From NCBI GenBank assembly GCA_951406725.2, contig OX597821.1:11036001-11100000 (forward strand): a stretch of DNA of 64,000 nucleotides, read 5' to 3'. Origin of the DNA: Octopus vulgaris (Eukaryota). Shown piece after piece: positions 40,875 to 56,080 of the stretch. Numbering within the stretch: position 1 is the stretch's first letter; each line of letters opens with the position of its first letter. Both the position numbers and the translations under genes were made by a program. The notes beneath the pieces were generated by a model. The model was not told where the DNA came from. It saw nothing but the letters and a program-made list of their open reading frames with translations, and did no database searches.

Positions 40875-41092
40875 ATATGTTTCTGTGTTTGTCCCTCTAG
40901 CATTGCTTGACAACCGATGCTGGTGTGTTTACGTCCCGTCACTTAGCCGTTCGGCAAAAGAAACCGATAGAATAAGTACTGGGCTTACAAAGAATAAGTC
41001 CAGGGGTCGATTTGCTCGACTAAAGGCGGTGCTCCAGCATGGCCGTAGTCAAATGACTAAAACAAGTAAAAGAGTAAAAGAGTAAAAGAGTA
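40657..41092 (+). mobile_element. SINE family A
   Basis: Full-length copy whose tail ends about 40 bp from the 41135 splice donor. Confidence 0.9.
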
Positions 41093-41134
41093 ATACTTTA
41101 AATATTTCCAAACCGTTAAGACTTCTATACGTAC

Positions 41135-41265
41135 CGATTTGTTTCCCTGTTCTTGATCTGAAGATAACTAAAACCAATGCTGAAGTGACTGCTAAGACAC
41201 AGATGACTAATAACAGAGTCAATACGAAGAGCACTCTTTCCATTCGAGACCATCCTGTTTTAAAA
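41135..41265 (-). CDS. M13 peptidase signal-anchor (transmembrane) exon, 131 nt, phase 2-1
   Basis: Acceptor with a polypyrimidine tract ending ttcag|T and donor ATCG|gtacgt. Reads FKTGWSRMERVLFVLTLLLVICVLAVTSALVLVIFRSRTGKQI. G|AT joins in frame to the 38864 exon. The 'W.R.E+.L' lead-in to a hydrophobic helix is typical of neprilysin/ECE anchors. Confidence 0.85.
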
Positions 41266-41532
41266 CTGAAAAAAAGAAAATGAAAGGCACTTGTAATTAG
41301 CTAATTTGCAAATATATACTCCAACAATTCTGCTAATTTCTCTCTCTCTCTCATTCTCTCTCTCTCTCTTTCCCTCTCTCACACCCACACGTGTCAAATT
41401 CTCTCGTACACATACGCACACAAACACACATACACTTACGAATACACACATATATACACTTAGAAACACGCACATATGTATATATATTCGTGCGTGTGTA
41501 AATAAATGTGTGTGTGTATGTGTATATGTGTT

Positions 41533-42670
<1,138 letters not shown>

Positions 42671-43232
42671 AAAATCGCGACTGCAATTATCATAACGGTA
42701 TTAGTTTCACGTTTCCTTCCGCTTTTTCAGGTAGTTATCCTCATTCATTATGCTGTTTGCTGGGACTATATAAATGTGCCTTTCTATTTATTTTGTATAT
42801 TTGCCAGTGCAACGAATTATATGTTGATAAATTGTGTGTAAACAAATGGAGTCATAACAATTTATGTCTCTGTGTTCATTTCTGGATGAGATTTCAGCCA
42901 TATATACATATACTTATTGATATATATGTCTGAAATATATTTATGTGTATTCGTTTCCATTGCGTACGTATATACATGTTTATACGTTTAAAGTATTCAT
43001 TTGAATAGTTTAATAGAAAAGTATTTTCTTTATATCTTTTGTGGGTTTGCCAGGGCAACGAATTATCACTTAATAGATTGTTTGTAAACAAAGAGAACTC
43101 ATTCTAACATCACCGTACTGTATACAGGCACAACATATTGATGTGGGAACGTACTATACCACAAATAATAGGAATAATAATAACAACAACAATAACAACA
43201 ACAGCAGCAAAAACAACAACAACAACAACAAC

Positions 43233-43329
<97 letters not shown>

Positions 43330-43617
43330 TCAACAATAAATAAATAAGCACACCATTTGATATATTATAAAGAGATGCAAAAAATCTTTAAATCTGTAAC
43401 TTTATATGTATGTTTCTTTGAATTGTTCATAGCTGCCTCCACCGGCAATTTTTATTTTACAGTATTTTACATACATACCACGAGATACACATATACATAC
43501 ACATATACATACATAAATATATACATGCGCACACAACTATCTATTTACGTATCTGTCTGTTTATTTATATATCTCTTTTTCCTCTCGCTCTCTCTTCCTA
43601 CATATATATGTATATAC

Positions 43618-43658
<41 letters not shown>

Positions 43659-43698
43659 TTATATATACATATATATATATATACATATATATATATAC

Positions 43699-43744
<46 letters not shown>

Positions 43745-43831
43745 CTATATGTATATATATATATATTTATGCATATGTATATATACATATTTATGCATAT
43801 GTATATATATATATGTATGTATATATATATG

Positions 43832-43864
<33 letters not shown>

Positions 43865-43866
43865 GT

Positions 43867-43902
<36 letters not shown>

Positions 43903-45657
43903 CAAACATATATATGTATGTATGTATGCATGTATGTATGTATATAAAGTTTCGCTTTATGTGATATGTATACGTTGCTAAATATTTCAAATATTGCTAT
44001 TCAGTTACATTGCGAAAAGAAGAGGAAATAATTAAATAACTTGAACTCCGTTAATTATGATGTGTAAAATACTAAATAAAAGGTTTTTAGTTGTTATGTT
44101 CCTCTTCAGGTGGTTATTATCAAAATGATATCGATGCATCTTTTAAAGACTTGCTGCAATTGCTAGTAGAGTCTGTCAGATGAGTATGAACCTGTATCAG
44201 CATCGACACGCGTGAGCAGATCTTTATGTGGAAAACTGGCAGATCTTTGTTCGAGTAACACAGCCAATGATGTGGTCCAAAGAAAAGCGCCCATTTTCGT
44301 CCTAGCGTGGGAAGGAACTTGACATCCGTAATATAGAAGGGCTTCATGCCAGAATACATAAAGAACGAATAAATATCTTAGGGCATCGGTTTCGGTGCTC
44401 TGAAAATTCTACGGACCCATTTTATGACAGGCATATTTTCATATTTTCACGAACCAAGCGCAGCTGTCTGGTAAAGTGTTTGCTTCCCAATCCCATGGCT
44501 CCGGATTCAATCCCACTGCGTGGACACTTAAGTAAGCCTTTTCTGTTATAGCCTCGTGCCAGCCAAAGCCTTGTGTTTTGATTTGGTTAATGGAAACTGA
44601 AAGTAGTTTGTCGTATATGTGTATCTATAATAATAAATGCGAATGCGAATGTCAGTGTGTCAGTGTGTCACTCATTTTCAGCTTTACTCCTGCAACCCCC
44701 ACTATTCAATGACACATCTACTATTCCTCATGGTTTAACCATTTCTCACTATTTAATGACACTTCTACTATTCTTCATTCTTGCTTTTCTTTCTTAATCC
44801 TAACATTTTGAAAAAATATTTCTTTAAATATTATAACTGTATCAAGTAATTTAACCCTAACACGTGCTTCATAACATTTGGGACTGAAATGCGTATTGAA
44901 CTCACTCTCTCATACAGTATTACCTCTCATAACTGTCTACCATAAAAATGTTGGAAACTTAGTATTCTTTCACATATTAGCAAAATTTGTCGGACCTATG
45001 ATTATGCCGTCGGAGTTATTGAAGCTTAGTGCACTCCGACTGCATGAATATAGATTCAACTGATTTTAACGTTACATTAAAATTACTAAAAAAATTAGTA
45101 AATTTCAAAGATCTTCATGTTCAAATACGTTTATAGCTATTCCAAACCATAAAAATTGCACTTTAAAATACTGTGTAGCGACACTGGTGTAATTTTCCTT
45201 CAATCTGCGAACAGGAGTTTAGATACGTACCATGTACTACAAATAACTTTTTGTACTAAAAGGAAGGCACTACGCACATCAAATTGTCTTTCAATTAAGT
45301 GGTGGCAGAAGAATTATTGTTGAACTTTAAAAAGGTAAGTTTATTATTGCAAACGGTTAGCTATATGTTGGCTGTTTAAGGGTAAGGAATGGAAACAAAG
45401 TATTTGAACTGACACTCAATGGGAAGACAAATTATGTTGCTTATCGCCCAGCTTTGCAATAGGTTCCAAGTCGTCAAATTATATCATTATTTTAAAGAAA
45501 AGAGTTCAAGGCTTCAAAAGTATTGCTCAAGTTCAATAAAATTTAATATGTACTCAATGAATGAAGTATCATTGTTAGGCCAAAGGCCCGATTAAGAGTA
45601 CTCCACAGGAGCTAGCTTAAAATCCTCCCGATAGGAAGTTTTTAAATTAGTATATAT

Positions 45658-45786
45658 GTTGTTTATTTCTTCTCGAGCCACACCCGACTCATAAGGTCGG
45701 TTTCACACATCGCCAGGTATGAGATTCGAACCCGCGATCCGTCGACAGCGAGTCCGCTGCTCTAACCACTAGGCCATGTGCCTTCA
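45658..45786 (-). mobile_element. tRNA-derived SINE (family D), internally deleted
   Basis: Minus strand reads ggcacatggcctagtggttagagcagcggactc...gggttcgaatct joined to tail ccttatgagtcgggtgtggctcgagaag, related to the tail at about 48625-48655. Confidence 0.65.
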
Positions 45787-45789
45787 CTA

Positions 45790-45844
<55 letters not shown>

Positions 45845-46947
45845 CATGTTTGTCTATGTGTCTTTGCGTATATCCGCAACCGCTTCGCAACAAGTCTTGG
45901 TGTGTTTACGTCTCGTAACATAGGAGACCAGCAAAATATAACTATAGAACAAGTAACAGCCTTAAAAAAATACAGCACTGGCATCGATTCGCCCAACTAA
46001 AATCCAACAACACGGTGCCCCAGAATGAATGCAGTCTAATGAGCAAAACAATTGAAAAGACAACAAAAAAACATAAATACGGGGCGCATTTCAGTTATTG
46101 GCTTTTTATTTCTATTCACTTTATATATTTCTTTATTTATTTCTTTTCTCTTCAATATTTGAAATCTTGACAAATGTTGCTAAATCCGACTTAAATAAGA
46201 TTGCAACTATCACTATGTAATCAATTCTACTCCGGGCAAAACACATATGCAGTGTATGCTGTTGTATAAGGAGCGCTTTATTTATGTTTTTAATTTAAAA
46301 AAATACAATGCAGGCGTCTGACGTAGCCCTGTTACTGGCAGAATAAATACCCCGTATATGAAATAGAGTAAATTGTTTTTTACCACAAAATATAATTATC
46401 TTTCCACAAGGATGTAGGGATTTTTCTTATGCAAGTGCCGTTCTTCACACCGTCTAATACAGTACAAGAGCTTTATCGAAGCAATTTCTTTTGGCTTGCA
46501 TACGAGTTGTGAAAGAAAATTGCCGTCACGTAGTTCTGATTGACAAAATTACTCATTATAGGACTAGAGTTCTTGTACTATTTTCTCTTCGATGGAAACT
46601 CTCTTTTTTTTATTCATACATCTCCAAACCAGTCTTTGTACGTGTGTTTATACGCTTGTGCGTGTGTCTTTCCACGACTCGTGTATGTGCGAGTATGTCC
46701 TCGTTCGTGTATGCGTATGTGTGCTTGGGAAATACTTACAAAAGCTACGAAAATAGGCAAAAAAAAAAAAATGTAGGCAAAAATAAACGGTGCAATCTAA
46801 GTAGAGGTCACTGTCTAACGAGGCCGAACAGTGGCAAACATTCGCGAAAAAAAGAAGGTATCACATATTTCATTCTTCACGTGTATGCTGTACTTTCTAA
46901 ATAAAGAAAATATGTGTGTATTAGATGTGTATTATATTAGATCATAT

Positions 46948-47188
<241 letters not shown>

Positions 47189-47497
47189 TGTAATATATTC
47201 ATTTGCATATGTCTGCATGTATACATAACAAACGTTATATATATATATGTGTGTGTGTGTGTGTATGTATATATATATATATGGATATGTATATATATAT
47301 ATTATATAGATATATATTACATATATACTTATATATATATATATATATATATGTGTATATATATATGTGTATATATATATATACATATATATATATATAC
47401 ATGTATATATAAATGTATATATATATATACATATATATATACACACACACATATATATATGTTTGTGTGTGTGTGTGTGTTCGTGTGTATGTGTATA

Positions 47498-47611
<114 letters not shown>

Positions 47612-48417
47612 GATATATTTTGTTTTGCCCGCGAACATCCTCAGTAACTGAATGAATTGACCTAGTTCAAATTGACTAAATAGGTTTGTAGATATAAGTC
47701 TAGATATTTACGTAAGAATTAGATTAGTACACAAATGGCAGGATGAAAGGGTACTGAAAGTGGGAACGTACACACTACAACACATGGTGTTTGAGTGATA
47801 AACATATTTAATAGTGAATGGTTTGAGTCAGCAAGCTTAGTAGTGTCTTGAGAAAGACGGTGGGTTAATTGATGTTAGTGGTTCTGCGAAAAGGAAGTGG
47901 GGGGGTTGATGGAGACGATTGGGGAACGTGGGCGTAGAGTATATAGTTAGGTGAATTTCTGCAGAGCAGAAGAGGAAGTGGTGATTTGCCGACGAAGAAA
48001 CACAAGCAGAGTACATTCGCTCGTATTTAAAAAGACGGAGACATACACAAGAGGAAACACGTACACTCGTTAAAGGTTCAGAAATAAAATGTCTGCAACA
48101 AGAACATACACACATACAAACACACGCATACACACACATACACATGCACACACATGTATGTATGTATGTATGTACACAAAGTAGTTACCAGTTCAAATAT
48201 ACGTGAGGCATATTCGTATCCCAAAGAAAGCTATTGATTACATTTTGTCACTGAGAACATTTTTCGATGAAGGAAGCCGCAATATTTATATTTATATAAT
48301 TTTGTATTTTAATATATGGATTCTTAGCATCGTATGGCTGTCACGTCAAGCTCTTCTAGCGGACTCGGCTAGCAGATCACATAGTAATCCTTTACGGAAG
48401 AGTATAATGCACCGTGT

Positions 48418-48658
48418 GGGGGCGCATAGTTTAGCGGTTAGGTTGTTGAACTCATGATCATAAGGTTGTGGTTTCGATTCTTGGATGCATTGTGTTCTTG
48501 AGCAAAACACTTCATTTTCACGTTGCTCCAGTCCATTCAGCTGGCAAAAATGAGTAATCTTGCAACGCACCGGCGTCCCGTCCAGGTGTGGAATTTCTAC
48601 GCCACTGAAAGCGGGAAATCGGCCATTATGAGCCTGACATGGCTCGAGAAGGAACATA
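48418..48658 (+). mobile_element. tRNA-derived SINE (family D)
   Basis: tRNA-like head (tagtttagcggttagg...ggtttcgattc), ttgagcaaaacacttcat core, gcgtcccgtccagg body. Confidence 0.7.
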
Positions 48659-49479
48659 ATGCACAATTCTGTGCAGCTAAAATCGAGGAAATCAGATCTA
48701 TGAAATTATTTTATGAGGAATATATAAATCATAATATATCAGGAGATATGAGAGATGAATATATTTATCTAATCACTTACTATCCTTAGGATTACGGCTG
48801 TTTCGCAACCTTCATCATGTGTATAGATGGTAGATACTGCATAAAATTATCTTGACATAAAAAAATAAATATAACACTGTGCACTGTATAATAGCTTCAG
48901 ACCAACCAAAGCCTTGTGAGTGAAATTCGTAAGCGGAAACTGAAAGAAACCCATTGTATATATGTGTGAATGTTTGTGTGAGTGTGTGCTTGTGAGTGTG
49001 TGTGTATGTGTGTGTGTATGCTTCTTCACCAGCACTCATTGACAACTGGTACTGATTCGTTGACATCCTCATAAACTAGCGGTTCGCCAAAAAGAGAACG
49101 ATAGAAAAAGTACCAGGCTTTAGAAGACGTACTGGGGGTCGATTCGTTTCATTCTATAACCTCTGCAAGGCGGTTCCCCAGGATGGTTGCAGTCAAATGA
49201 CTGAATTAAGTATAAGGTAAAAGATAATAAATATATTTTGTTTCATATCTGTTAAGGGGCTGAATCTAAGTTCAGACCATTTTCAGATAAATAAAAGACA
49301 AGAAGGGATAGGACAGGAAGTTAAGTAAATATGTAAATAAAAGGATTTTAGAATGTATATAAAATACATATAAAAAATGGGGTAAAAAAGAGATCGGAGT
49401 GGCGGTGCATACGCTACGAGCCGTTAGCTTTGCTACACTTTCAATAAACCTTCTCAGATATGTGGAATGTGGTGAATGA

Positions 49480-50640
49480 AAGAGTAGATAAGGTGCCCCC
49501 AACTGCGTTTCTTGCCGTGAGGTAGAATAATCCCAAACCCTTGATAGGATAAGTTCCAGTTTTGTTTTGAAGACACCTGTATCTACCCATAAGTTTATTC
49601 AGGTTTTATGGGAGGATATTGAAGAGCTGTTGCAATATCTGGTCCTGTATCCTGAAGGCAATGTTGGGAATTTTTGTACTAGCCCCGTTCTGCTGTCTGT
49701 GTTACTTACAATACTAAAATTTGATAAAGTTCTAGAATGTTCCACATGTATAACACAGCAAATCTTTCCCGTCTTCGTCCTAGGAAGTAGAGTCTTAACT
49801 TTTCCAGTCTTTTCTTGTAGCTGACATGTGGCATTGCGACGATCTTCTTTGTGTAGCTTCGTTGGTTTGCTTCGAGTTGTGTCGTTAATTTTCCACTGTA
49901 TGGTGACCATAGTTGAGAGCAGTGATCTAAACGGTTGAGGACAAATGTCATCCAAAAGACCATCGTGGTTTCCTGATCTCTTGTTCTGAAAGATCTAAGG
50001 ATCCATCCGGCCAACAGTCTGCATTTTATTGCCAACTTAGTAATAAGCACCTGGAAAGTTGTATCATTACTCATAACAATGACCAGGTCACTCTCTGATT
50101 TTCATTCATGGATCGCAAAAGATCCTGAATGAGTGTATACTGTCTGCTTTTTATTCTGCTCTGTGCGTTAGTACTGCAGGGTTTAGAATTACCAAGCATG
50201 AAGCTACATCTTATTTTCCTCAGCCCACCTGCATGGTGCGTCTAACTCCTGCTGCAGATATGCAACATCTCAAGGATCCGGTATCCTCGATGAGGGTGCA
50301 TCATCTGCATAGCTAGCAAAGATAGCTATCTGAGCGGCTGAGGGCATATCTAAGAGCCAGTATGAATAACAGTGACCCCTATATAGTGCACTGTAAAACA
50401 CCACTCATTATTTGCGTTTCTGTCATTTAGAAAGCCATTGTACCCTTTCTTCAAGTTTTCCGACTAGGCCGAGATTACGCACAGTCGAGATATATCACGC
50501 CCACATTTGAGTTAATGTGTAATCATAATGACGCAAGAGCGGTGTTACGCAGTTTCAAACTGGTCGAACCATGTGCAGGATGTCAATCATCAACACGTTC
50601 TCTTAAAGTAAGCAAATGGAGCTCTGGCATTTCTCTGTGG
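49480..50640 (-). mobile_element. CR1-group LINE, older decayed copy
   Basis: ORF 49706..50074 KCRLLAGWILRSFRTRDQETTMVFW...SQLWSP...RRRERF is homologous to the 51828-53340 copy. A short duplicate of its internal segment lies at about 50735-50840. Confidence 0.85.
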
Positions 50641-50906
50641 TATGTATATATGTCTATATAAGTGTAATTACGTATACGGATATATATCTATGCGTGTGTG
50701 TGTGTATTGTGTGTCTATAGTTATTTGTATATACAGTTGGGAGCAGTGATCTAAACGGCTGAGGACAAATGTCATCCAAAAGACCATCATGGTTTATCAC
50801 TTGTTCTGAAAGATCTAAGGATCCATCCGGCCACCAGCCTGCATATATATAAATAATTATGCATGTACGTGTAGGTGCACACACACACACATATATATAT
50901 ATATAT

Positions 50907-51238
50907 TCTTTTATTTGTTTCAGACATTTGATTGCGGCCATGCAGGAGCACCGCCTTCTGTCGAACTACTAAGTTACTGGGACGCAAACACACCAGCTTC
51001 GGTTGTCAAGCAATGCTGGAATGACAAACACAGTCATACATATGTATATATATATATATATATATTCATATATACGACGGACTCCTTTCAGTTTCCTTCG
51101 ACCAAATCCACTAACAAAGATTTGGTCGGCCCGAGGCTATAGTAGAAGAAACTTGCCCAAGTTGCCACGCAGTGGAAATGAACACGGAACCATGTGGTTG
51201 GTTAGCAAGCTACTTACCACACACCCACTCCTGCGCCT
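50907..51238 (-). mobile_element. SINE family A, internally deleted
   Basis: Head and tail match the reverse complement of the 7349 copy. Confidence 0.85.
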
Positions 51239-51241
51239 ATG

Positions 51242-51291
<50 letters not shown>

Positions 51292-51292
<1 letters not shown>

Positions 51293-51429
51293 TCTTTCTA
51301 TCTCTTTCTTCTGTTGGCCTGCTTGCTTAGCCAATGGGGTGGCGTCATTCGAAGGCTAAAAAACAATGCGAACGCAGTGTGACCAGCGATGTGTAACTAC
51401 ATCTGATGGTCTGGTCGGTCACGTGATCC

Positions 51430-51464
<35 letters not shown>

Positions 51465-51735
51465 TATATATCACGTGATCACGTGACCAACCAGACCATC
51501 AGATGTTACATATCGCTGGTCACAATGCGTTCGCATTGTTTTTTAGCCTTCGAATGACGCCACCCCATTGGCTAAGCAAGCAGGCCAACAAAAGAAAGAG
51601 TGGGAGAAAGAGTGGTGAAAGAGTACAGCAGGGATCACCACCCCCTGCCGGAGCGTCGTGGAGCTTTTAGGTGTTTTCGCTCAATAAACATTCACAACGC
51701 CCGGACTGGGAATATCCTGCGAGCGCGATGCGCCT

Positions 51736-51737
<2 letters not shown>
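51292..51737. mobile_element. two SINE copies tail-to-tail in (TA)n, forming an inverted repeat
   Basis: 51292-51436 (+, tail only) and 51470-51737 (-, head shared with the 61792 SINE). Both end in ggtcacgtgatc.cgtga followed by (TA)n. Confidence 0.85.
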
Positions 51738-51827
<90 letters not shown>

Positions 51828-51830
<3 letters not shown>

Positions 51831-53335
51831 TTTGATTTTGATTTTTCCAGTTTCAGCTCATGAGATGTGGCCATGCTGGGGCACCGCCATTTGGTTTGCT
51901 ACAGATTTTACCTCACGAATGCTTTTTAGCAACTGTCATTTGGTGCATGAGAGAGTTCGATGCAGCTGCCCTCATCTGCACCTCCTGCCGTAAAGTTGGT
52001 TCATCGGGGACACCTGACAGGAAGAGATCCAGTCCTACTTTAAAGACATCCGCATCTACACCATGCAGGTCCCTCAGGTTCTTCGGGAGGATATTGAAGA
52101 GCTGTGGGCCTCTAAAGCCCAGGCTATCACAGTATCTTGTCCGACATCGTGATGGCAAATTTGGAGTCCTTGGTACCACGCAGTGGCGCCCGGTTCTGGC
52201 ATTTGTGTGACTCCCGATGCCAAAGTTTGGGACAAGTCCTTCCAGGATCTTCCAGATATATATTATGGCATATCTTTCTCGCCTACGCTCCAATGAATAG
52301 AGTTTTAATCTCTTGAGTCTTTCTCAGTAGCTTATATGCTGCACAGAGGCTATCTTCTTCGTGTAGCTTCGTTGGATCGCCTCAAGTTCTGTGATCAACT
52401 TGACAGTGGATGGTGACCATAGCTGAGAGCAATAGTCAAAGTGGCTTAGGACAAGTGTCTTCCAGAGGACCATCATGGTTTCTTGTTCTCTTGTTCTAAA
52501 GGTTCTAAGAATCCATCCGGCCAGCCGTCTACATTTCATTGCCAGTTTAGCAACATGTACATAAAAGGTTGCGTCATCACTCATGTGAATACCCAGGTCA
52601 CGCACTGATTGTGCCTCTGGGATTGCAATCCCTCCGGGTCCAGTGTATTCATTGGGTATTGCATTTAGTTTGCATACTGATAGCATAAAGCTTGAAACTT
52701 TTCAGCATTGAACTGCATGCTATTCTTTTCAGCCCACTTATATATTTTGTCCAGCTCACATTGCAGGTGCTTAGTGTCTTCAGGGTTCTGTATTGCCTGT
52801 GAAACTTTTGTATCATCTGCATAACTTGTGATCGTGGCTCTCTGCGTGGCTGAGGGCATGTCTGAGAGGGCCATTATGAACAGTAGTGGTCCCAAAACAG
52901 TGCTCTGCGGAACACCGCTCACTATTTGCGTGTTAATGGAAGTGGCCCCATTGGCTACTACCACCTGACTTCTATCCTTCAGAAAGTCATGAAGCCATTC
53001 TCCCAATTTTCCAACTATGCCAAGATCACGCAGTTTGTGACATATCATTCCATGATCGACTTTATCAAAGGCCTTTGCAAAGTCGAGATATATCACTTCC
53101 ACATTTGAGTGGTTGAGCAGTCGTTTCAGCACCCAGTCATAGTGTTGTGGGAGCTGAGTTAAGCAGCTTCTTTCTGGACGGAAACCATGTTGGGTGTCAG
53201 GCAGCAAGTTATTTTCTTCAAGGAAGGTGATTAGTTTCCTTCTGACTATTCGTTCCATGACCTTGCTGATGTGTGAGGTTAGAGAGATAGGTCTGTAGTT
53301 CTTGGACTCCGCTCTGCTACCTCCTTTATGAATAG

Positions 53336-53340
<5 letters not shown>
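51828..53340 (-). mobile_element. CR1-group LINE, 5'-truncated, RT domain, inserted in (TA)n
   Basis: YLDFAKAFDKVDH, GVPQSTVLGPLLF and YADD motifs, broken across three ORFs. 3' tail ggcggtgccccagcatggccac...(aaaatc)n. Confidence 0.95.
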
Positions 53341-53377
<37 letters not shown>

Positions 53378-53622
53378 GTATGGGCGTTAAACCTCGCTAA
53401 GATAAATATTTCAATTACATGAAGATTGACTAACCATAACTCGAATTATTACGAATTGGACAGCCATGAAACGATCGTAGTGTTTTACTCATTATCTTTT
53501 GTTAAGCTTTTAATACTTTTGATATATATTTAAAATAATATAAATTAATTAATTTTATGTATTCGCTCATGTTTTTCATTGTTTGATTTGCCTAATAGTG
53601 GTTTTATCTCTAATTTGATATA

Positions 53623-53692
<70 letters not shown>

Positions 53693-53694
<2 letters not shown>

Positions 53695-55088
53695 CTTAGA
53701 ATAACTTAGAAAAGGTTTTGGCCAGTATTGGCCCAGGCCATGTCTAACTTAATAGCACCACCTGGCGAAGTCTTTCAATTCAGGATTTGGGCACCAAGGC
53801 CCATTCGAGCAGAGAGTTATTGTTTGCGGAGACATATCAGGGTGTGGGTGGTTTGTCCGAGACTGTTTGAAGGAATTTGTCCAAAGACTTCTTGAATTTT
53901 GTGTGGTCAGTTTCTTTTTTGACGTGTCCTGGTGTAATGTTGAAGAGAGCGGGTCCAATTGAGGTGAAATAGTTGTGCCGTATTGTCGTTATGTGATGCG
54001 ATTTAGATTTTAGTTGTGGACGGATGGCACGTGGTCCAAGCCTTGGATGTATTTTGAAGGTGATGCAAACATCATTCGGACAGTGCTGATGGAATATTTT
54101 CCACATCATACAGATAATGTAGCGTTCACGGCGTCGTTGGAGTGAATACAGTTTCAGCTTCTCCAGTCTACCCCAGTAGTCAAGGTCAGACATGCCATCT
54201 ATCTTTTTTGTGATTGACCTTTGGGGAGCTTCAATTCTCATAATATTTTGTTTTGTGTAGGGAGACCACAGTGGACAGCAGTATTCAAGGTGGGGTCGGG
54301 CAAAAGTGGAGAAGAGAACGATAATAGTGTGGGAATCTCTCGACTGGAAGGTTCTGAGAATCCAGGAACACATTCTGCGGGCCATGTCAACTTTGCTGCT
54401 TATATGTGTAGCCCAGCTTATGTTGTTGTCCACTGTTACTCCCAAGTCTCTGATGTTGTTGGATGCCATGAGAATTTCTCCAGAAGGAAGAGAGTATGGG
54501 AGTTTCAGAGCGTCCTCCCTTCCAAAGTGGATCAGTTCGAATTTGTCTTCGTTTAGCAACATGTTATTCTTTTCCGCCCATTGGACAACAGCCAGTAGGT
54601 CTGACAGAAGGCTTATTCGGTCATCCACGCCATTGATGACCTTCTGGAGCTTGGAATCATCAGTGAAGGTTCTGATGTTACTGTGTTTGATGGTGTCAGT
54701 AATATCATTTATGTAGATGATGAAGAGAAGTGGGCCCAACACAGTGCCTTGTGGGACACCACTGCTGACTTTGGCTGGGCTGGATTTGACTCCTTCGACT
54801 ACAACATGTTGGGTTCTGTTAGACAGGAAGCACTTGATCCACTGCAGCAGCTTTCCAGTGACACCAATATTGGACAGCTTTCTCAGAAGGATCTTATGAT
54901 CAACCCTGTCAAAGGCCTTGCTGAAATCGAGGTAGATGACATCAGTGATGGAACCCTCTCCCAAGGCTCTCAAAATGTCATCAAAATGATGCAGTAGCTG
55001 CGTCAGGCAATCTCTCCAATTACGGAATCCATGCTGGTTGGAGTTCAGCATATTATGACTCTCAAGGAAGTGAGTCATACGCGATCTC

Positions 55089-55096
<8 letters not shown>
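53693..55096 (-). mobile_element. CR1-group LINE of a second family, 5'-truncated, inserted in (TA)n
   Basis: About 420 uninterrupted codons with QHGFR, YLDFSKAFDRVDH, GVPQGTVLGPLLF, FTDD and LEYCCPLWSP. Tail ends (ttctaagtta)2. Confidence 0.95.
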
Positions 55097-55150
<54 letters not shown>

Positions 55151-55152
<2 letters not shown>

Positions 55153-55198
55153 GTGGATTCATGTAAAACATACAATGCAGGTGTACAAATACATATAC

Positions 55199-55234
<36 letters not shown>

Positions 55235-55289
55235 GTATATGTAGTCAAATTTGTACACCTGCGATTGTATGTTTTACATGAATCCACGT
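55151..55289. repeat. inverted repeat centred on (TA)n
   Basis: acgtggattcatgtaaaacatacaatgcaggtgtacaaat versus atttgtacacctgcgattgtatgttttacatgaatccacgt (one indel). Confidence 0.9.
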
Positions 55290-55689
55290 GTTTATTTACG
55301 CATATGTATGAGTGTATACATATATATATATATATATATCAATTCGTTTTGGAAGATTCCTGATGTAAAATCGTGTGTCGAAACAAATAAATTTGTATTT
55401 TAGGATGGTCGTTCTTCTTTTCTTTTGCAAATAGACACCCATACAATATATATTTCTTCGCTTATTTATTACTGTCGTTACCCGGAAATCTTTCGTCATA
55501 CGTCTGTGACGAAGTGTCTCTTCAGTGACACTTCGTTTTCGTTTTCGTGTGTGTTCTGGCTCCACAGAGGAATGGAGTAAGTGGAACAAGAACACCCACA
55601 CAAACGAAAAGTATCACCGAAGAGGTCCAGGCGTGTGACAAAAGATATCTGGACAATGAACTTGAGCTAAAATAATATAATGCGAACAG

Positions 55690-55721
<32 letters not shown>

Positions 55722-55726
<5 letters not shown>

Positions 55727-55952
55727 AATCAAGGAACGGCCATAATAGGCCATTCACCCACTAGAAATAACAGCCAAAACTTCAACCGCAAAATAACATT
55801 AATTCCGCAAACCAGGAGAAAATTAAAAAAACATTTACCCTGTTTTTTTAATTTTCTCCTGGTTTGCGGAATTAATGTTATTTTGCGGTTGAAGCTTTGG
55901 CTGTTATTTCTAGTGGGTGAATGGCCTATTATGGCCGTTCCTTGATTGTGAT
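55722..55952. repeat. near-perfect palindrome, 112-bp arms, 7-nt loop
   Basis: 55722-55833 is the reverse complement of 55841-55952 with one mismatch seen. Loop tttaccc. Confidence 0.95.
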
Positions 55953-56048
55953 GTTGAACTTATAAATGGTCTATGACTATTTAATTTTTTCCCACTAGGC
56001 CGCTGGTGGCAAAAAAATTCTACAAAATTTTTTGCCACCCTATATTGA

Positions 56049-56080
<32 letters not shown>

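Noticed and set aside
44100-44400. Higher-complexity segment after a cttcag acceptor-like site (ORF 44120..44359)
   Set aside because: It has stops in the plus frame and no recognisable motif on either strand.
46565-46617. Minus-strand MNKKKRVSIEEKIVQEL as an alternative first exon
   Set aside because: It hits a stop before any phase-2 donor.
48785-48830. TGATGA-aggttgc-GAAA-CAGCCG-TA on the minus strand
   Set aside because: C3 is missing and there is no stem I or II. At best an unprovable relic.
55465-55540. Hammerhead-like CTGAAGA...GAAA on the minus strand
   Set aside because: Stems I and III do not form convincingly, and a competing hairpin sequesters the core.
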